A stretch of 64,000 nucleotides of DNA. It comes from an uncultured Actinomycetota bacterium. GTDB taxonomy: Bacteria; Actinomycetota; Thermoleophilia; RBG-16-64-13. A program made the translations under genes and the position numbers. Where the stretch lies: NCBI GenBank assembly GCA_963843515.1, contig CAWJKH010000008.1, positions 57,788 through 121,787 of the forward strand. The letters are read 5' to 3'. Below are positions 9,432 through 19,368 of the stretch, piece by piece (position 1 is the stretch's first letter; each line of letters begins with the position of its first letter). The notes beneath the pieces are model-generated. The model had not been told where the DNA came from. It saw only the letters and a program-made list of their open reading frames with translations, and ran no database searches.

Positions 9432-12033
9432 TTACAGCTTCGCTACCTCGATAAGACACGAATTCGGTGCCTGTCCCGTCGAGGTCGGGGTGATGAAGCG
9501 GTGCGACGTCAGCATGTTGACGCAGCCCGCCTTGTCCGCCGAGTAGCCGGGCTCGCCCACCGGGATGTAGTCCGCGCACGACTCGTAGGAGTGTACCGTG
9601 CCGGGCGGTACGCGTTCGGTCACCTGCGCCACCAGAATCACTTCGGCCCTGTCGTTGAACGCCCGGATGAGGTCGCCGTCGCCGATGCCCCGGGCCGCGG
9701 CGTCCTTGGCGTTCAGCCGCATGATCCAGTAGTAGTGGCCGTCTTCCTTCAGCACCCTGTGGTCCTTGATGTCGTTGCTCCAGGAGCCCTTGCCATCGCC
9801 CATGGTGTGGAAGCTGAAGCGGGCGTGCGGCGACAGCATCTGCAGCGGATACTTCTCGTACAACTCGGTGGTGCGGTGGCCCTCCCAACTGGGGATGTAC
9901 TGGGGGCCCATGGCCGGACGCTCCGGGATCTTCCTGGTCGGTCTGGTAGAAGCGGGTGAGGCTGCTGGACACGAACTCGATCTTGCCGGTGGTCGTCTGC
10001 AGGCCCTTGCGCTGCACCTGGTCCCAGATGGGCGAGCCGTCGGGGGTGTCTTTGGTGCGGTCTTCCGCGAACCAGCGCAGGGCGGGTGTGTATGCCCTCT
10101 GTTCGGGCACGGGGACCACGTAGTAGCCCTTCTCCTCGAACTCTTCCCAGGATATGCGCCGCGACAGGTCGCTGGCGTGGAACATCCGCCTGACCCAGTC
10201 GAGGTCGGTGTGACCGCCCTCGGTATAGGCGTCACCAACGCCTAGGCGCGTGGCCAGGTCGGTGAAGATGTCGTAGTCGGAACGGGACTCGCCCAGCGGT
10301 TCGATGCACTTCTTCTGGAACACGATGGTCCGGTGGTTGCACTGGTCGAATTTGTTGGCGCCGTAGCCGGACGCGTACGCCCAGTCGCCGATATCCCAGC
10401 GCTCGAAGTTGGTGCACGCCGGCAAGATGATGTCGGCGAAACGGGCCTCGCCCTCGAACCAGATGGATTGGTTGACCACGAAGCCCACCTTGCCGTCGCG
10501 GTAGGCCTGCACGTAGCGGTTGGTGTTGGTCATGGTGCCGATGAAGGAGCCGCCATAGCGGTAGTACATCTGCACGTGCGGGTAGCCGGACGCCGGGTAG
10601 CGGTACTTGGTGAACTGCGACTCGATGGACCCGCCGCAGAAGCCTTTGGCCCGCCACTCCATGTTCTCGTGGCGCATGGCCTCGGGGATGCGGAGGCGAG
10701 AGACGATCTGGCCTTCGGGCGAGTGGTGCGGGTTGGAGAAGGTGCCGCCGTCCGGCCACATGCGGTGAGCCAGGCGGATACCGGCGGCCGTGCCGGCGAT
10801 GTCGCCGGAGATGCCGCCCTCAGCGTAACCCGGGAACCAGAACGAGCGGTCGAAGGGGGCGCCGGAGGTGGTGGACCACAGGTTGCTGCCCGGCTTACCC
10901 AGCCCCTGCATGGCGGCCAGGGCGATCATCGTGCGGGTCCACTCGTTGCCGGTGGCAGCGCGGCACGCGCCGCCCCATCCGCCCATGCCTCCCGCCGCCA
11001 GCATGGTCTTCTTCGTGCCCCATTCCCGCGCCAGAGCCCGGATCTCCCGAGCCGGAACGGTGGTCTCCACCTCCGCCCACTCCGGGGTCTTGGGCACGCC
11101 ATCGCTCTCGCCCAGAACGTAGGCCTTCCACTGGTCGAAGCCGTGGGTCCGGGATGCCACATACTCCTTGTCGTACAGGCCCTCCGTCAGCCATACGAAG
11201 GCGATGGACAGGCCCATGGCCACGTCGGTCCCCAGGCGCGGGGCGAACCACTTGTCGCCTATGAGCCCGGCAGTGTGGTTGTAGTACGGGTCGATGAAGA
11301 CCATCTTCATGCCCGTCTGCTTGAGCCAGTCGCGGCGGATTGTGCTCTCGAACGAGCCGTACACGCCGCCGGTGGTCTCCGGGTCGGCCGACCAGAACAC
11401 CACCATCTCGCTGTGCTTGAGAGCGTCCTCCAGCAGGTCGTACTGCTCCGGGATGCCCAGCCGGTTGCTGAACCCCCACATGTGGGCGCCACCCCACTGC
11501 CAGCCTTCCCAGCTGTCCGGGTTGTGCTCCGCATACGTGTAGCCGATGAGGTTCATGAAGCGGTTGTAGGCGCTGAAGCGATAGCCTATGTTGCCCCACA
11601 TATGGTGTGACCCCGGGGTGGTCATCACCGCGCCGGGGCCCACCTCGCGCTTGAGGCGGATGATCTCGTCGGCCACCAGGTCGAGGGCGTCGTCCCAGCT
11701 GATGGGCTGGTAGCCGGAAGTCCCCCGGTTCTGAGCGTTGCGCCCGCCCGGGCCGGTGGAACCGGGCGCGCCATGCGGGTCGAAGTCGACGCGCTTGAGT
11801 GGGGTAAGGATACGATTGGAGCCATAGATGGTGGACTTATGGGCCACCGTCCACGGCGAGAGGGTGGTCCGCTTGGGGGGAGAGAAGTCGCGGCCTCGGG
11901 CGCGGATGGTGAACGCCGGACCGTCGCTGTCGTCGAGTTGGAGGGGGATTATGCGGACGATGCGCCCGTCCTCCACGTCCACGTGCACCGGTCCGCCGGT
12001 GGTCAGGTTGGTCAACCGACGTGTCTCGCCCAT
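9432..12033 (-). pseudogene. AthL-type molybdopterin oxidoreductase, paralog 1; the reading frame as assembled is broken by a 1-nt insertion near 9934
   Basis: The N-terminal 700 aa are in the frame of track ORF 6811..12057 (MGETRRLTNLTTGG...FYQTDQEDP). The C-terminus (ERPAMGPQYIPSWEGH...CLIEVAKL) is in the frame of ORF 9432..10238. Length is 2602 nt, i.e. 2601+1. About 85 percent identical by eye to paralog 2. Confidence 0.85.
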
Positions 12034-12100
12034 TGTCACCGCCCTTGCTCTCATCATGTGTACCGGCGGTTCGGGCCCGCACCGGGGAGGCGCGGTCTCT

Positions 12101-12159
12101 TTAAACTACCGCTCGACAGTTTAATGATGCTGTAAACTACCGACCGCACGATAGTTTGT
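12101..12159. promoter_or_regulatory. two adjacent palindromic operator-like sites in the divergent AthL / TetR intergenic region
   Basis: Site 1: TTAAACT-N10-AGTTTAA (12101-12124). Site 2: AAACTA-N12-TAGTTT (12134-12157). Both share the half-site AAACTACCG. Located between divergent genes, one of which is a TetR regulator. Confidence 0.55.
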
Positions 12160-12317
12160 CAAGCCGGAAGGCTGCAAATAGCGGGAAGATCAGCACGATC
12201 GGTTTGGTTCGGGGGCGATTCGGTACCGGCGGTGTTACCCGCGTGTTACCTTGAGACGACCGGTCCCGCCCCGGGCGCCCGGCAAGAGACTCGGTAAGAA
12301 ACTCGGCAAGGAACGAC

Positions 12318-13031
12318 ATGAGTGACGAACCGGCCCGTTTCACGCCGCGCATGACGGCGGCCGCCAGGAAGCGGCAGATAGTCGAGGTGGCACTCGACCT
12401 CATAGCCAAGCACGGTCTGCAGGGAGTCACCATGTCGCGCATCGCGGCAGGGGTCGGCATCCGGCAGGCTTCTCTCTACAGCCACTTCCAGAGCCGCCAG
12501 GAGATCCTCCTCGCCGCGCTAGACGTCATCTACGAGCGCATCTACGCCTCGCGGATGACCCGCTCCAGCGAGAACACGCTTGCCCGCCTGCGGGAGATCT
12601 GCGATCACCACATCGAACTCTGGGCCGGGCAGGGGGAGAGGCATCACGCTCAACTCCTCCTCGAGTTCGTGGCCGGCGCCCCGGGGGAAGGCCTGCGGGA
12701 GACCCTGGCCTCCAAACATCTGGAGACGCTCAAGGAGTTCGTGCAGATCGTGGAGCGGGGCAAGAGGGAAGGCAGGATCGCCGAGCATGTCGATTCGGAG
12801 CAGGTGGCCTGGTTCATCACCGGCTTCGCCTTCGCAGGCGACGTCTCCCAGACCATGGGTTTCAAGCATTTTCTCGATCCCGAGATCGCCGGCCGCTGGC
12901 TGGACGTGATGTTCGCCAGCTTCGTAGCCAGGCCGGGGGAGGTGCTGCCCGGAGTGCCTGCCGCCCCCTCAGCGACCGCCCGTTCGGCCCCGGCGGTGAG
13001 CGCTCAGAAGACCGGCCGGCCGGCCGGATAG
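12318..13031 (+). CDS. TetR/AcrR family transcriptional regulator
   Basis: N-terminal [51 protein letters not shown]. Divergent from the AthL-like pair. Confidence 0.9.
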   Translation: MSDEPARFTPRMTAAARKRQIVEVALDLIAKHGLQGVTMSRIAAGVGIRQASLYSHFQSRQEILLAALDVIYERIYASRMTRSSENTLARLREICDHHIELWAGQGERHHAQLLLEFVAGAPGEGLRETLASKHLETLKEFVQIVERGKREGRIAEHVDSEQVAWFITGFAFAGDVSQTMGFKHFLDPEIAGRWLDVMFASFVARPGEVLPGVPAAPSATARSAPAVSAQKTGRPAG

Positions 13032-13070
13032 AAAAGCACGTTTTCGGCGCTGGAAAGCCCGGCTGGCGCC

Positions 13071-13100
13071 TTGACACCAGCCGTCTCCCTCCACTATTAT
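13071..13100 (+). promoter_or_regulatory. sigma-70-type promoter for rplM-rpsI
   Basis: TTGACA (13071-13076), 18-nt spacer, TATTAT (13095-13100). A short leader follows with GGAGG before GTG 13136. Confidence 0.6.
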
Positions 13101-13135
13101 CTGCGGTCGCGTTTCAGACAGTGCGTGGAGGCAGT

Positions 13136-13570
13136 GTGAAGACCTATTCGGCGAAACCCGGCGAAGTACAGCGCAACTGGTGGGTCGTCGACGCCGACGG
13201 CAAGAACCTGGGCCGGTTGGCGTCCGAGATCGCCATAGTCCTGCGGGGCAAGAACAAGCCCCAGTACACTCCCCATACCGACACCGGGGACTTCGTCGTC
13301 GTGGTCAATGCGGAGAAGATCGCGGTCACCGGCAACAAGATGACCGACAAGATGTACTATCGCCACTCCGGTTATCCCGGCGGGCTGAAGGCCGAGAGCC
13401 TCGGCCACCTCATCCAGCGCCGGCCCACCGAAGTACTGCGCAAGGCCGTCAAGGGGATGCTCCCCAAGAACCGGCTGGCGGCGCAGCAGCTAGGAAAGCT
13501 CAAGATCTACGCTGGGCCCAAGCATCCGCACGTGGCCCAGAAGCCCGAGGAGTTGCCATGGCAGCAGTGA
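13136..13570 (+). CDS. rplM: 50S ribosomal protein L13
   Basis: [54 protein letters not shown] start preceded by GGAGG. Confidence 0.95.
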   Translation: MKTYSAKPGEVQRNWWVVDADGKNLGRLASEIAIVLRGKNKPQYTPHTDTGDFVVVVNAEKIAVTGNKMTDKMYYRHSGYPGGLKAESLGHLIQRRPTEVLRKAVKGMLPKNRLAAQQLGKLKIYAGPKHPHVAQKPEELPWQQ

Positions 13571-13950
13571 TCTACGCGGCGACCGGTAAACGGAAGACCG
13601 CAGTGGCCCGGGTCCGGCTCATGCCGGGTACCGGCACCATCACCGTCAACGGGAAGGACCTCAAGGAGTACTTCAACCGGCAGACGCTCACGCTGATGGT
13701 GCGCTCCCCGCTGGTCGAGACCGGTACCGAGGCCCGCTACGACGTCATCGCCCAGATCGAGGGCGGGGGCAAGTCTGGCCAGGCCGGTGCTCTCAAGCAC
13801 GGCGTGGCCCGCGCGCTGGTCGAAGCCGACCCCTCGCTCAAGACCGAGGTGAAAAGGGCCGGCCACCTGTCGCGTGACGCCCGTATGGTCGAGCGCAAGA
13901 AGGCCGGACTCAAGAAGGCCCGCAAGCGCCCGCAGTTCTCCAAGCGCTAG
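13558..13950 (+). CDS. rpsI: 30S ribosomal protein S9
   Basis: [23 protein letters not shown]...[19 protein letters not shown]...[21 protein letters not shown] overlaps the end of rplM. Confidence 0.95.
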   Translation: MAAVIYAATGKRKTAVARVRLMPGTGTITVNGKDLKEYFNRQTLTLMVRSPLVETGTEARYDVIAQIEGGGKSGQAGALKHGVARALVEADPSLKTEVKRAGHLSRDARMVERKKAGLKKARKRPQFSKR

Positions 13951-13951
13951 G

Positions 13952-14110
13952 AGGCTGCTGAAAACCGAAGCCCCGGCCGCCGGAACGCACTGGGCGACGC
14001 GACAGTACGTCCTCAGTCGTGCGAATAGCGCTGCTATTCGCACTCCCTGCGTCCTTCTCTCGCGCATACCCATCGCATTCCGGCTGCGAGGCGTCACTTT
14101 TCAGCAGCCT
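13952..14110 (+). repeat. 159-nt structured intergenic element, copy B
   Basis: AGGCTGCTGAAAA...TTTTCAGCAGCCT gives a 13-bp perfect terminal stem. Central perfect 11-bp hairpin GTGCGAATAGC-GCT-GCTATTCGCAC. Same conserved core as copies A and C. Begins 2 nt after the rpsI stop. Confidence 0.8.
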
Positions 14111-14137
14111 GCAGTCCGCGCCCACGAAGGGGAATCG

Positions 14138-14176
14138 AGAGGCGAGGGAGAATTCTCCCTCGCCTCTTCTATTTGT
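14138..14176 (+). terminator. palindromic hairpin / probable terminator after rpsI
   Basis: 30-nt perfect palindrome AGAGGCGAGGGAGAATTCTCCCTCGCCTCT (14138-14167) followed by TCTATTTGT. Confidence 0.6.
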
Positions 14177-14232
14177 GAGGATCGAAAAGCCGCCGCCGGT
14201 CCGAGGGTTCGCCGGAGGAGCTGGGAGGCTTC

Positions 14233-15315
14233 ATGCCTGAGTTGCGGGTAGACGTCGACGCCATCGGCCGGAACACTGAGGCCGTCGCCTTGTTGCTCCG
14301 GGCACATGGGCTGTCCCTGGTCGGCGTGACGAAGGGCTGCCTGGGCGAGCCCCGGGTGGGCGCGGCGATGCTGGCCGGCGGGGCCCTGGCCCTGGCCGAC
14401 ACCCGCGATCAGAACCTCGCCCGCCTGCGGTCGGAGTTGCCCGAGGCGGAACTGCATCGCATCCATGTTCCCTCCCTGAGCGAGCCGTTCGACCCCGGCG
14501 ATGTGAGCTACGTGACCTCGTGTGAAGGAGCGGCGGCCGTGGCCGCGCTCGGGCCGGCGCCCGCGCCCCGCGCAAAGGCGGGGGCTGGAGCCGCGTCCCA
14601 TCGGTCCGCCGCCGCGGACCGCCGGCGCCGGGTGATGATCCAGGTGGAGACCGGAGACGAGCGCGAGGGGGTGCCGGAGGACGCACTGCTCGATCTTGCC
14701 GGCTTCATCGCCGCGGAGTCCCGTCTGCGACTGGAGGGGGTGGCGACCAACTATGCCTGCTTTCTGGGGCCGCCGGCAGGGATCGGGGCATCGCTGCAAC
14801 GAGTTGCGGGCGCTGCGCGGGCTCTTCGCTCGGCTGGCTACCCGGTGGCCAGCGTGTCTGGAGGAAACTCCAGCGTGCTATGGCTTCTCAAACGAGGGGA
14901 AGACATTCCGGCCGAGGTGACCGAGTTACGGTGCGGGGAAGCTCTGCTCTTGGGGCACGAGGCCCTCTGGTACGAGCCTATCCCGGGCTGTGTGCTGGGG
15001 GCCTGTGTCGTCAGGGCGGAAGTGCTAGAGGCGTATACTAAGGCGGCTTCGCGAGGGCCCGGACCGATCTCGTCAGCGCGAGCCCGCAGGGTCGTGCTGG
15101 GGATCGGACGGCAGGATCTGAGCGGCGGCAGGGTCACGTTCTCGGCGCCTGGACTGGTCGAAGTGGGGCGCTCTGCCGACTACCTGGTGGCCGAAGTGGA
15201 ACCCGGCGCCCCGGCGCCGGCGGTCGGGTCGTCGGTCGAGATGCTTCCTGATTATGAAGCGTTGGTGGCCGCCTGGACCTCGCCGTACGTAGACGTGAGG
15301 CTGCAGGGGCTGTGA
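14233..15315 (+). CDS. PLP-dependent amino-acid racemase, alanine racemase N-terminal fold (YhfX / ornithine racemase-like)
   Basis: L.VDVDAIGRNTEAV....HGLSLVGVTKG (putative PLP lysine), ...IQVETGDEREG, ...VSGGNS, ELRCGEALLLG. Substrate cannot be inferred. Confidence 0.65.
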   Translation: MPELRVDVDAIGRNTEAVALLLRAHGLSLVGVTKGCLGEPRVGAAMLAGGALALADTRDQNLARLRSELPEAELHRIHVPSLSEPFDPGDVSYVTSCEGAAAVAALGPAPAPRAKAGAGAASHRSAAADRRRRVMIQVETGDEREGVPEDALLDLAGFIAAESRLRLEGVATNYACFLGPPAGIGASLQRVAGAARALRSAGYPVASVSGGNSSVLWLLKRGEDIPAEVTELRCGEALLLGHEALWYEPIPGCVLGACVVRAEVLEAYTKAASRGPGPISSARARRVVLGIGRQDLSGGRVTFSAPGLVEVGRSADYLVAEVEPGAPAPAVGSSVEMLPDYEALVAAWTSPYVDVRLQGL

Positions 15316-15334
15316 GAACGGAGGTCTCTTTCTG

Positions 15335-17167
15335 ATGTGTGGGATCATCGGGTATGTCGGTGACAGGGAGTGCCGCGATATCCTCTTCCGAGGGCTTCGT
15401 AAGCTCGAGTATCGAGGATACGACTCCGCCGGTATCTCCATAGTCCACGAAGGCAACTTCAGGCTGCTCCACTCCGTCGGCAACCTCGACAACCTGGAAG
15501 CTGTCCTTCCCGAACTGGGCAACGAAGGCACGGTGGGCATCGCTCACACCCGCTGGGCCACCCACGGCCGGCCTTCCAACGAGAACGCCCACCCTCACAC
15601 CGACTGCCAGGGGCGGTTCGCTATCGTCCTCAACGGCATCGTTGAGAATTATCTGAGCCTACGGGCCGAACTCCAGGAAGAAGGCCACGAATTCACCTCC
15701 GAGACCGACGCTGAGGTGGTCGCCCACCTCATCGAGCGGGCATACCAGGGGTCGCTGCGCGAGGCCGTGGTGGAGGCCTACCGGCAGATGGAGGGACACT
15801 TCACCTACTGCGCATTGGCGGTGGAAGAGCCCGATGTCATTGTGGGGATCCGCAAGGAGACCCCCCTGGTGGTGGGGCTGAGCGAAGGCGAGAACTTCCT
15901 GGCTTCGGCCATCCCGGCGTTCCTGGCGGAGACCCGAACCGTCATCTTTCCCGAGGACGGCGATGTGGTGGTCATCTCCCGGTCTGGGGCCGAGATTTTC
16001 GACGTCGACGGCGCCGTCGTCGTCCGGGAGGTCCAGAGCGTCGACTGGGACGAGGAGGCGGCGGAGAAGGCCGGCTACGAGACCTTCATGCTCAAAGAGA
16101 TCCACGAGCAGCCCACCTCCCTGGCCGACACCCTGGCCGAACGGGTGGGACCGGACGGTCGGGTGGTGCTCGACGGCCTCGGCCTCGATCCCGCGACGAT
16201 TCGGAGCATCAAGCAGGTGATCATCGTGGCCTGTGGCACCTCCTATCACGCTGGGCTGGTGGGCAAATACGCCCTGGAGCGCTGGGCCCGGGTACCCGTG
16301 GAGGTGGAGGTGGCCTCGGAGTTCCGCTACCGTGACCCGGTGATCGGTCCCGATTGCCTCTGCATAGCCATCAGCCAGTCGGGCGAGACCGCGGACACGC
16401 TCGCGGCCATGCGGCTGGCCCGGCAGGCGGGAGCGCGGGTGCTGGCCGTCACCAACATCGTGGGCTCGCAGGCCACCCGGGAGGCGGACGGCGTCCTCTT
16501 CACCCGCGCCGGCCTGGAGATCGGCGTGGCGGCGACCAAGACCTTCCTCACTCAGGTCTTGGCGATGATGCTGCTATCGCTGTATTTCGCCGATCACCGC
16601 GGGCACCTGTCAAGCACCCAGGTGCGGGACTACACCGAACAACTGCGGCACATCCCGGCGCTGCTGCATGAATACCTCGAGGATGGCGCTGCCGCTCGGG
16701 TGGACGAAGTAGCCAAGAAGTACGCGGCCAGCCGCTTCTTCCTCTGCCTGGGGCGGAACATGGGCCTGCCCGTCGCCCTGGAAGGCGCTCTGAAGCTAAA
16801 AGAGATCTCTTACATCCCCACCGACGCCTATGCGGCCGGGGAGATGAAGCACGGACCCATCGCTCTTCTGGAGGAGGGGTCGCCGGTGTTGGTAGTTGCC
16901 ACGGACAGCCGGGTGTACGACAAGCTCATCTCCAACGTGCAGGAGGTGCGGGCTCGGGGCGCTCGGGTGATAGCTGTGGGTTCCGAAGGCAACCAGAACC
17001 TGTCCGGGATGGCCGACGAGATCCTCTGGGTGCCGCGCACCGACGAGATGCTTGCCCCGCTTCTGTCCACAGTCCCCTTGCAGCTGTTCGCGTACTACGT
17101 GGCCAAGCACAAAGGGGAGAAGGTCGACCAGCCGCGGAACCTGGCTAAGACCGTCACGGTGGAGTAG
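15335..17167 (+). CDS. glmS: glutamine--fructose-6-phosphate aminotransferase
   Basis: MCGIIGYVG start, two SIS domains, C-terminal DQPRNLAKTVTVE. 610 aa. Confidence 0.97.
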   Translation: MCGIIGYVGDRECRDILFRGLRKLEYRGYDSAGISIVHEGNFRLLHSVGNLDNLEAVLPELGNEGTVGIAHTRWATHGRPSNENAHPHTDCQGRFAIVLNGIVENYLSLRAELQEEGHEFTSETDAEVVAHLIERAYQGSLREAVVEAYRQMEGHFTYCALAVEEPDVIVGIRKETPLVVGLSEGENFLASAIPAFLAETRTVIFPEDGDVVVISRSGAEIFDVDGAVVVREVQSVDWDEEAAEKAGYETFMLKEIHEQPTSLADTLAERVGPDGRVVLDGLGLDPATIRSIKQVIIVACGTSYHAGLVGKYALERWARVPVEVEVASEFRYRDPVIGPDCLCIAISQSGETADTLAAMRLARQAGARVLAVTNIVGSQATREADGVLFTRAGLEIGVAATKTFLTQVLAMMLLSLYFADHRGHLSSTQVRDYTEQLRHIPALLHEYLEDGAAARVDEVAKKYAASRFFLCLGRNMGLPVALEGALKLKEISYIPTDAYAAGEMKHGPIALLEEGSPVLVVATDSRVYDKLISNVQEVRARGARVIAVGSEGNQNLSGMADEILWVPRTDEMLAPLLSTVPLQLFAYYVAKHKGEKVDQPRNLAKTVTVE

Positions 17168-17169
17168 CG

Positions 17170-19368
17170 GTGGCGGAGCCTCGGGAAGCGCATCCGGCCG
17201 GCGGCCCGGGGGCGGATGGCGTGACCCCGCCGCCGCAGACGGCCGGCGGCCCCGCATGCCGAGCCCTGGTCGGTCTGGATCTGGTAGAGATCGAGCGCTT
17301 CCGCCGCGCCCTCGAGCGGCAGCCGGCCCTCCAGGAGCGCCTATTCACTCCGGCGGAACTCACTTACTGTCGGTCTCGAGGCAAGCCACTCCTGCATCTG
17401 GCCGCGCGATTCGCGGCCAAGGAAGCGGTTGGTAAACTCTTGGGTACAGGTGTCGTCTCCTGGCGGGAGATCGAGGTGCTCGCGGACCTCCCGCAGGGCG
17501 GCTCGGCGAGGGTGAGCCTGAGTGGCCGGACCGCTGTGCGGGCCGTGGAATTGGGAGTGACCGAGCTACGGGTGTCGCTCTCCCACGTCGATACCGTCGC
17601 CGGAGCGTGCCTGGCGGTCGTGGCACGTCCCTGGGGAGGTACCGAGTTGGACGGATTCCCGCCGATATTCGGCTTCGACGGACCGGGCGAGGAGGCCGGC
17701 GCCTTCCGCGACGCTGGCGCCTTCGGCGCCCATGGCGCGGCTGATGGTGCCGACGATGTCGACCCCTCCTGTGAGGACGGCTTCGACGCTGGTCCCTCCC
17801 TCTCGATCCATGCCTCCTCGCTCTTCGACCGGCCTGCAGCCTTCACTGCCGCCCAGATGCGGGAGATGGACCGGGTGACCATCGAGGACATCGGGGTTCC
17901 TGGTCCGGTGCTCATGGAGCGTGCGGCCCTCGGGGTAAGCGAGCTCGTGCGCACCCGGTTCCCTGGGCGGCACGTCCTGATGGTCTGCGGGCGGGGTAAC
18001 AACGGCGGGGATGGACTGGCAGCGGTCCGGCAACTTCATCTCGCCGGCCATCCGGCGGCGTGCATCGTGGCGGTCGCTTCGCCGGCCGAGCTGTCGCCGG
18101 ATGCCGCTCTCAACTACGCCGCGGCCGAGAAGGCAGGGGTGAACCTGCGCATCTGCGCAGTGCCCGACTATCTTTGGGAAGAGACCGAAGTGGTGGTCGA
18201 CTGCCTTCTGGGCACGGGGGCTACGGGTGAGCTCAAGGGGCAGGTGGCAGAGTGGGCGGCTCTCATCAACGCCGTCGGGGAGCGGGGCGTGCCCGTTGTA
18301 GCCGTGGATGTGCCCACCGGCGTCGACGCCTCCACCGGGAGCATCGCGGCCGGCTGCGTCGCGGCCGACGTCACCGTCACCTTCCACGCGGCCAAGACCG
18401 GTTTGGTGTGTCCGCCCGGCTCCGAAGCAGCCGGGGAGGTCATCGTGTGGGATATCGGCATCCCCGAGTCCGTCGAACCCGAGCCCGACCTGTGGGTAGT
18501 GACCGAGGAGGACGTGAACATCCCTGGGCGGCGGGTGGACGACCACAAGTACCGGGCGGGATACGTGGCGGTGCTGGCCGGCTCCAAGGCCTACCCGGGG
18601 GCCGCCTGGCTTGCCGCGCAGGCGGCTTATCGGACAGGCGCCGGCTACGTTCGCCTACTGATGCCCGCCGGGGCGGCCGAGACCGTGCGCAGCCGTCTGA
18701 TGGAGACCGTGCTGCAGGAGGTCGGGGCTGGGGACATCATCGACGACGCTGCTCCCACTCTGGCGGTCGTGGGTGACGAGCGGCTTGGCGCGCTGGTGGC
18801 CGGGCCGGGACTGGGCCGCGACCCGGCGACCATGGCCGCAGTCCGGAAGATCATTCTCGAGAGTGCCGTGCCCGCCGTGCTCGATGCCGACGGGCTTTAC
18901 GCGTTCGCCGAAGAGGCCGAGCTGCTGCGGAATCGCTCGGGATTGGTGCTCACGCCCCACGCCGGCGAGCTGGCCGCGTTGCTGGGAGAGCGAACCGAAG
19001 AGGTGACCAAGGCCCCTCTTGCCGCCGCCCGGCGGGCGGCGGCGGCCACCGGCCAGGTGGTCCTGCTCAAGGGCTCTTCGACCATCATCGCCGACCCGTC
19101 TGGACAGGCGCGCACGGTCGTGCAAGGCCCGCCACAACTGGCGTCGGCCGGCACTGGTGACGTCCTTGCCGGTATCATCGGAGCCCTGCTCGCCAAAAGC
19201 CTCGAGCCCTTCGAGGCTGCGTACGCCGGAGCCTGGCTGCACGCCGAGGCAGGCCTCCTCGGCGCCGAAACCGACCCCCAGGGAGTCCTGGCCGGCGACC
19301 TGGTGGAACTGCTACCCGCGGTCATCGCCGACCGCATCTATGAGAGGAGACCTTCGTGGACGAGCTGA
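17170..19368 (+). CDS. acpS/nnr: single-ORF fusion: holo-ACP synthase (AcpS) + NAD(P)H-hydrate epimerase (YjeF_N) + ADP-dependent NAD(P)H-hydrate dehydratase (YjeF_C)
   Basis: GLDLVEIERF...FAAKEAVGK...SLSHVDTVAGA (AcpS). An 80-aa low-complexity linker. Then GRGNNGGDGLAA (epimerase) and HKYRAGYVAVLAGS..YPGAA...GTGDVLAG (dehydratase). No stop codon between the modules. Confidence 0.85.
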   Translation: MAEPREAHPAGGPGADGVTPPPQTAGGPACRALVGLDLVEIERFRRALERQPALQERLFTPAELTYCRSRGKPLLHLAARFAAKEAVGKLLGTGVVSWREIEVLADLPQGGSARVSLSGRTAVRAVELGVTELRVSLSHVDTVAGACLAVVARPWGGTELDGFPPIFGFDGPGEEAGAFRDAGAFGAHGAADGADDVDPSCEDGFDAGPSLSIHASSLFDRPAAFTAAQMREMDRVTIEDIGVPGPVLMERAALGVSELVRTRFPGRHVLMVCGRGNNGGDGLAAVRQLHLAGHPAACIVAVASPAELSPDAALNYAAAEKAGVNLRICAVPDYLWEETEVVVDCLLGTGATGELKGQVAEWAALINAVGERGVPVVAVDVPTGVDASTGSIAAGCVAADVTVTFHAAKTGLVCPPGSEAAGEVIVWDIGIPESVEPEPDLWVVTEEDVNIPGRRVDDHKYRAGYVAVLAGSKAYPGAAWLAAQAAYRTGAGYVRLLMPAGAAETVRSRLMETVLQEVGAGDIIDDAAPTLAVVGDERLGALVAGPGLGRDPATMAAVRKIILESAVPAVLDADGLYAFAEEAELLRNRSGLVLTPHAGELAALLGERTEEVTKAPLAAARRAAAATGQVVLLKGSSTIIADPSGQARTVVQGPPQLASAGTGDVLAGIIGALLAKSLEPFEAAYAGAWLHAEAGLLGAETDPQGVLAGDLVELLPAVIADRIYERRPSWTS

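Noticed and set aside
6811-12057. Single 1748-aa ORF on the minus strand that could be read as a giant double-domain molybdoenzyme
   Set aside because: It is two tandem paralogs. After the 1-nt insertion near 9934, the reading frame of paralog 1 runs stop-free, because of the GC-rich sequence, through nonsense sequence (GASGHGPPVHPQLGG...RTGS) and the 20-nt spacer, straight into the ATG of paralog 2. The true C-terminus and TAA stop of paralog 1 are in the frame of ORF 9432..10238.
12155-12190. GTCAAGCCGGAAGGCTGCAAATAGC, reminiscent of the SRP RNA domain IV GGAAGG core
   Set aside because: Only a short match. The flanking helix 8 / helix 5 pairing and the conserved GNAR loop context are absent, and it lies in a promoter region.
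5891-13031. Accessory cassette as a mobile genomic island
   Set aside because: No integrase, transposase, tRNA attachment site or flanking direct repeats are visible. It can only be called a synteny interruption, not a mobile element.
15316-15334. Expected cis-regulatory RNAs: a glmS ribozyme before glmS and an SAH riboswitch before ahcY (40302-40349)
   Set aside because: The spacers are only 19 and 48 nt, too short for either RNA.
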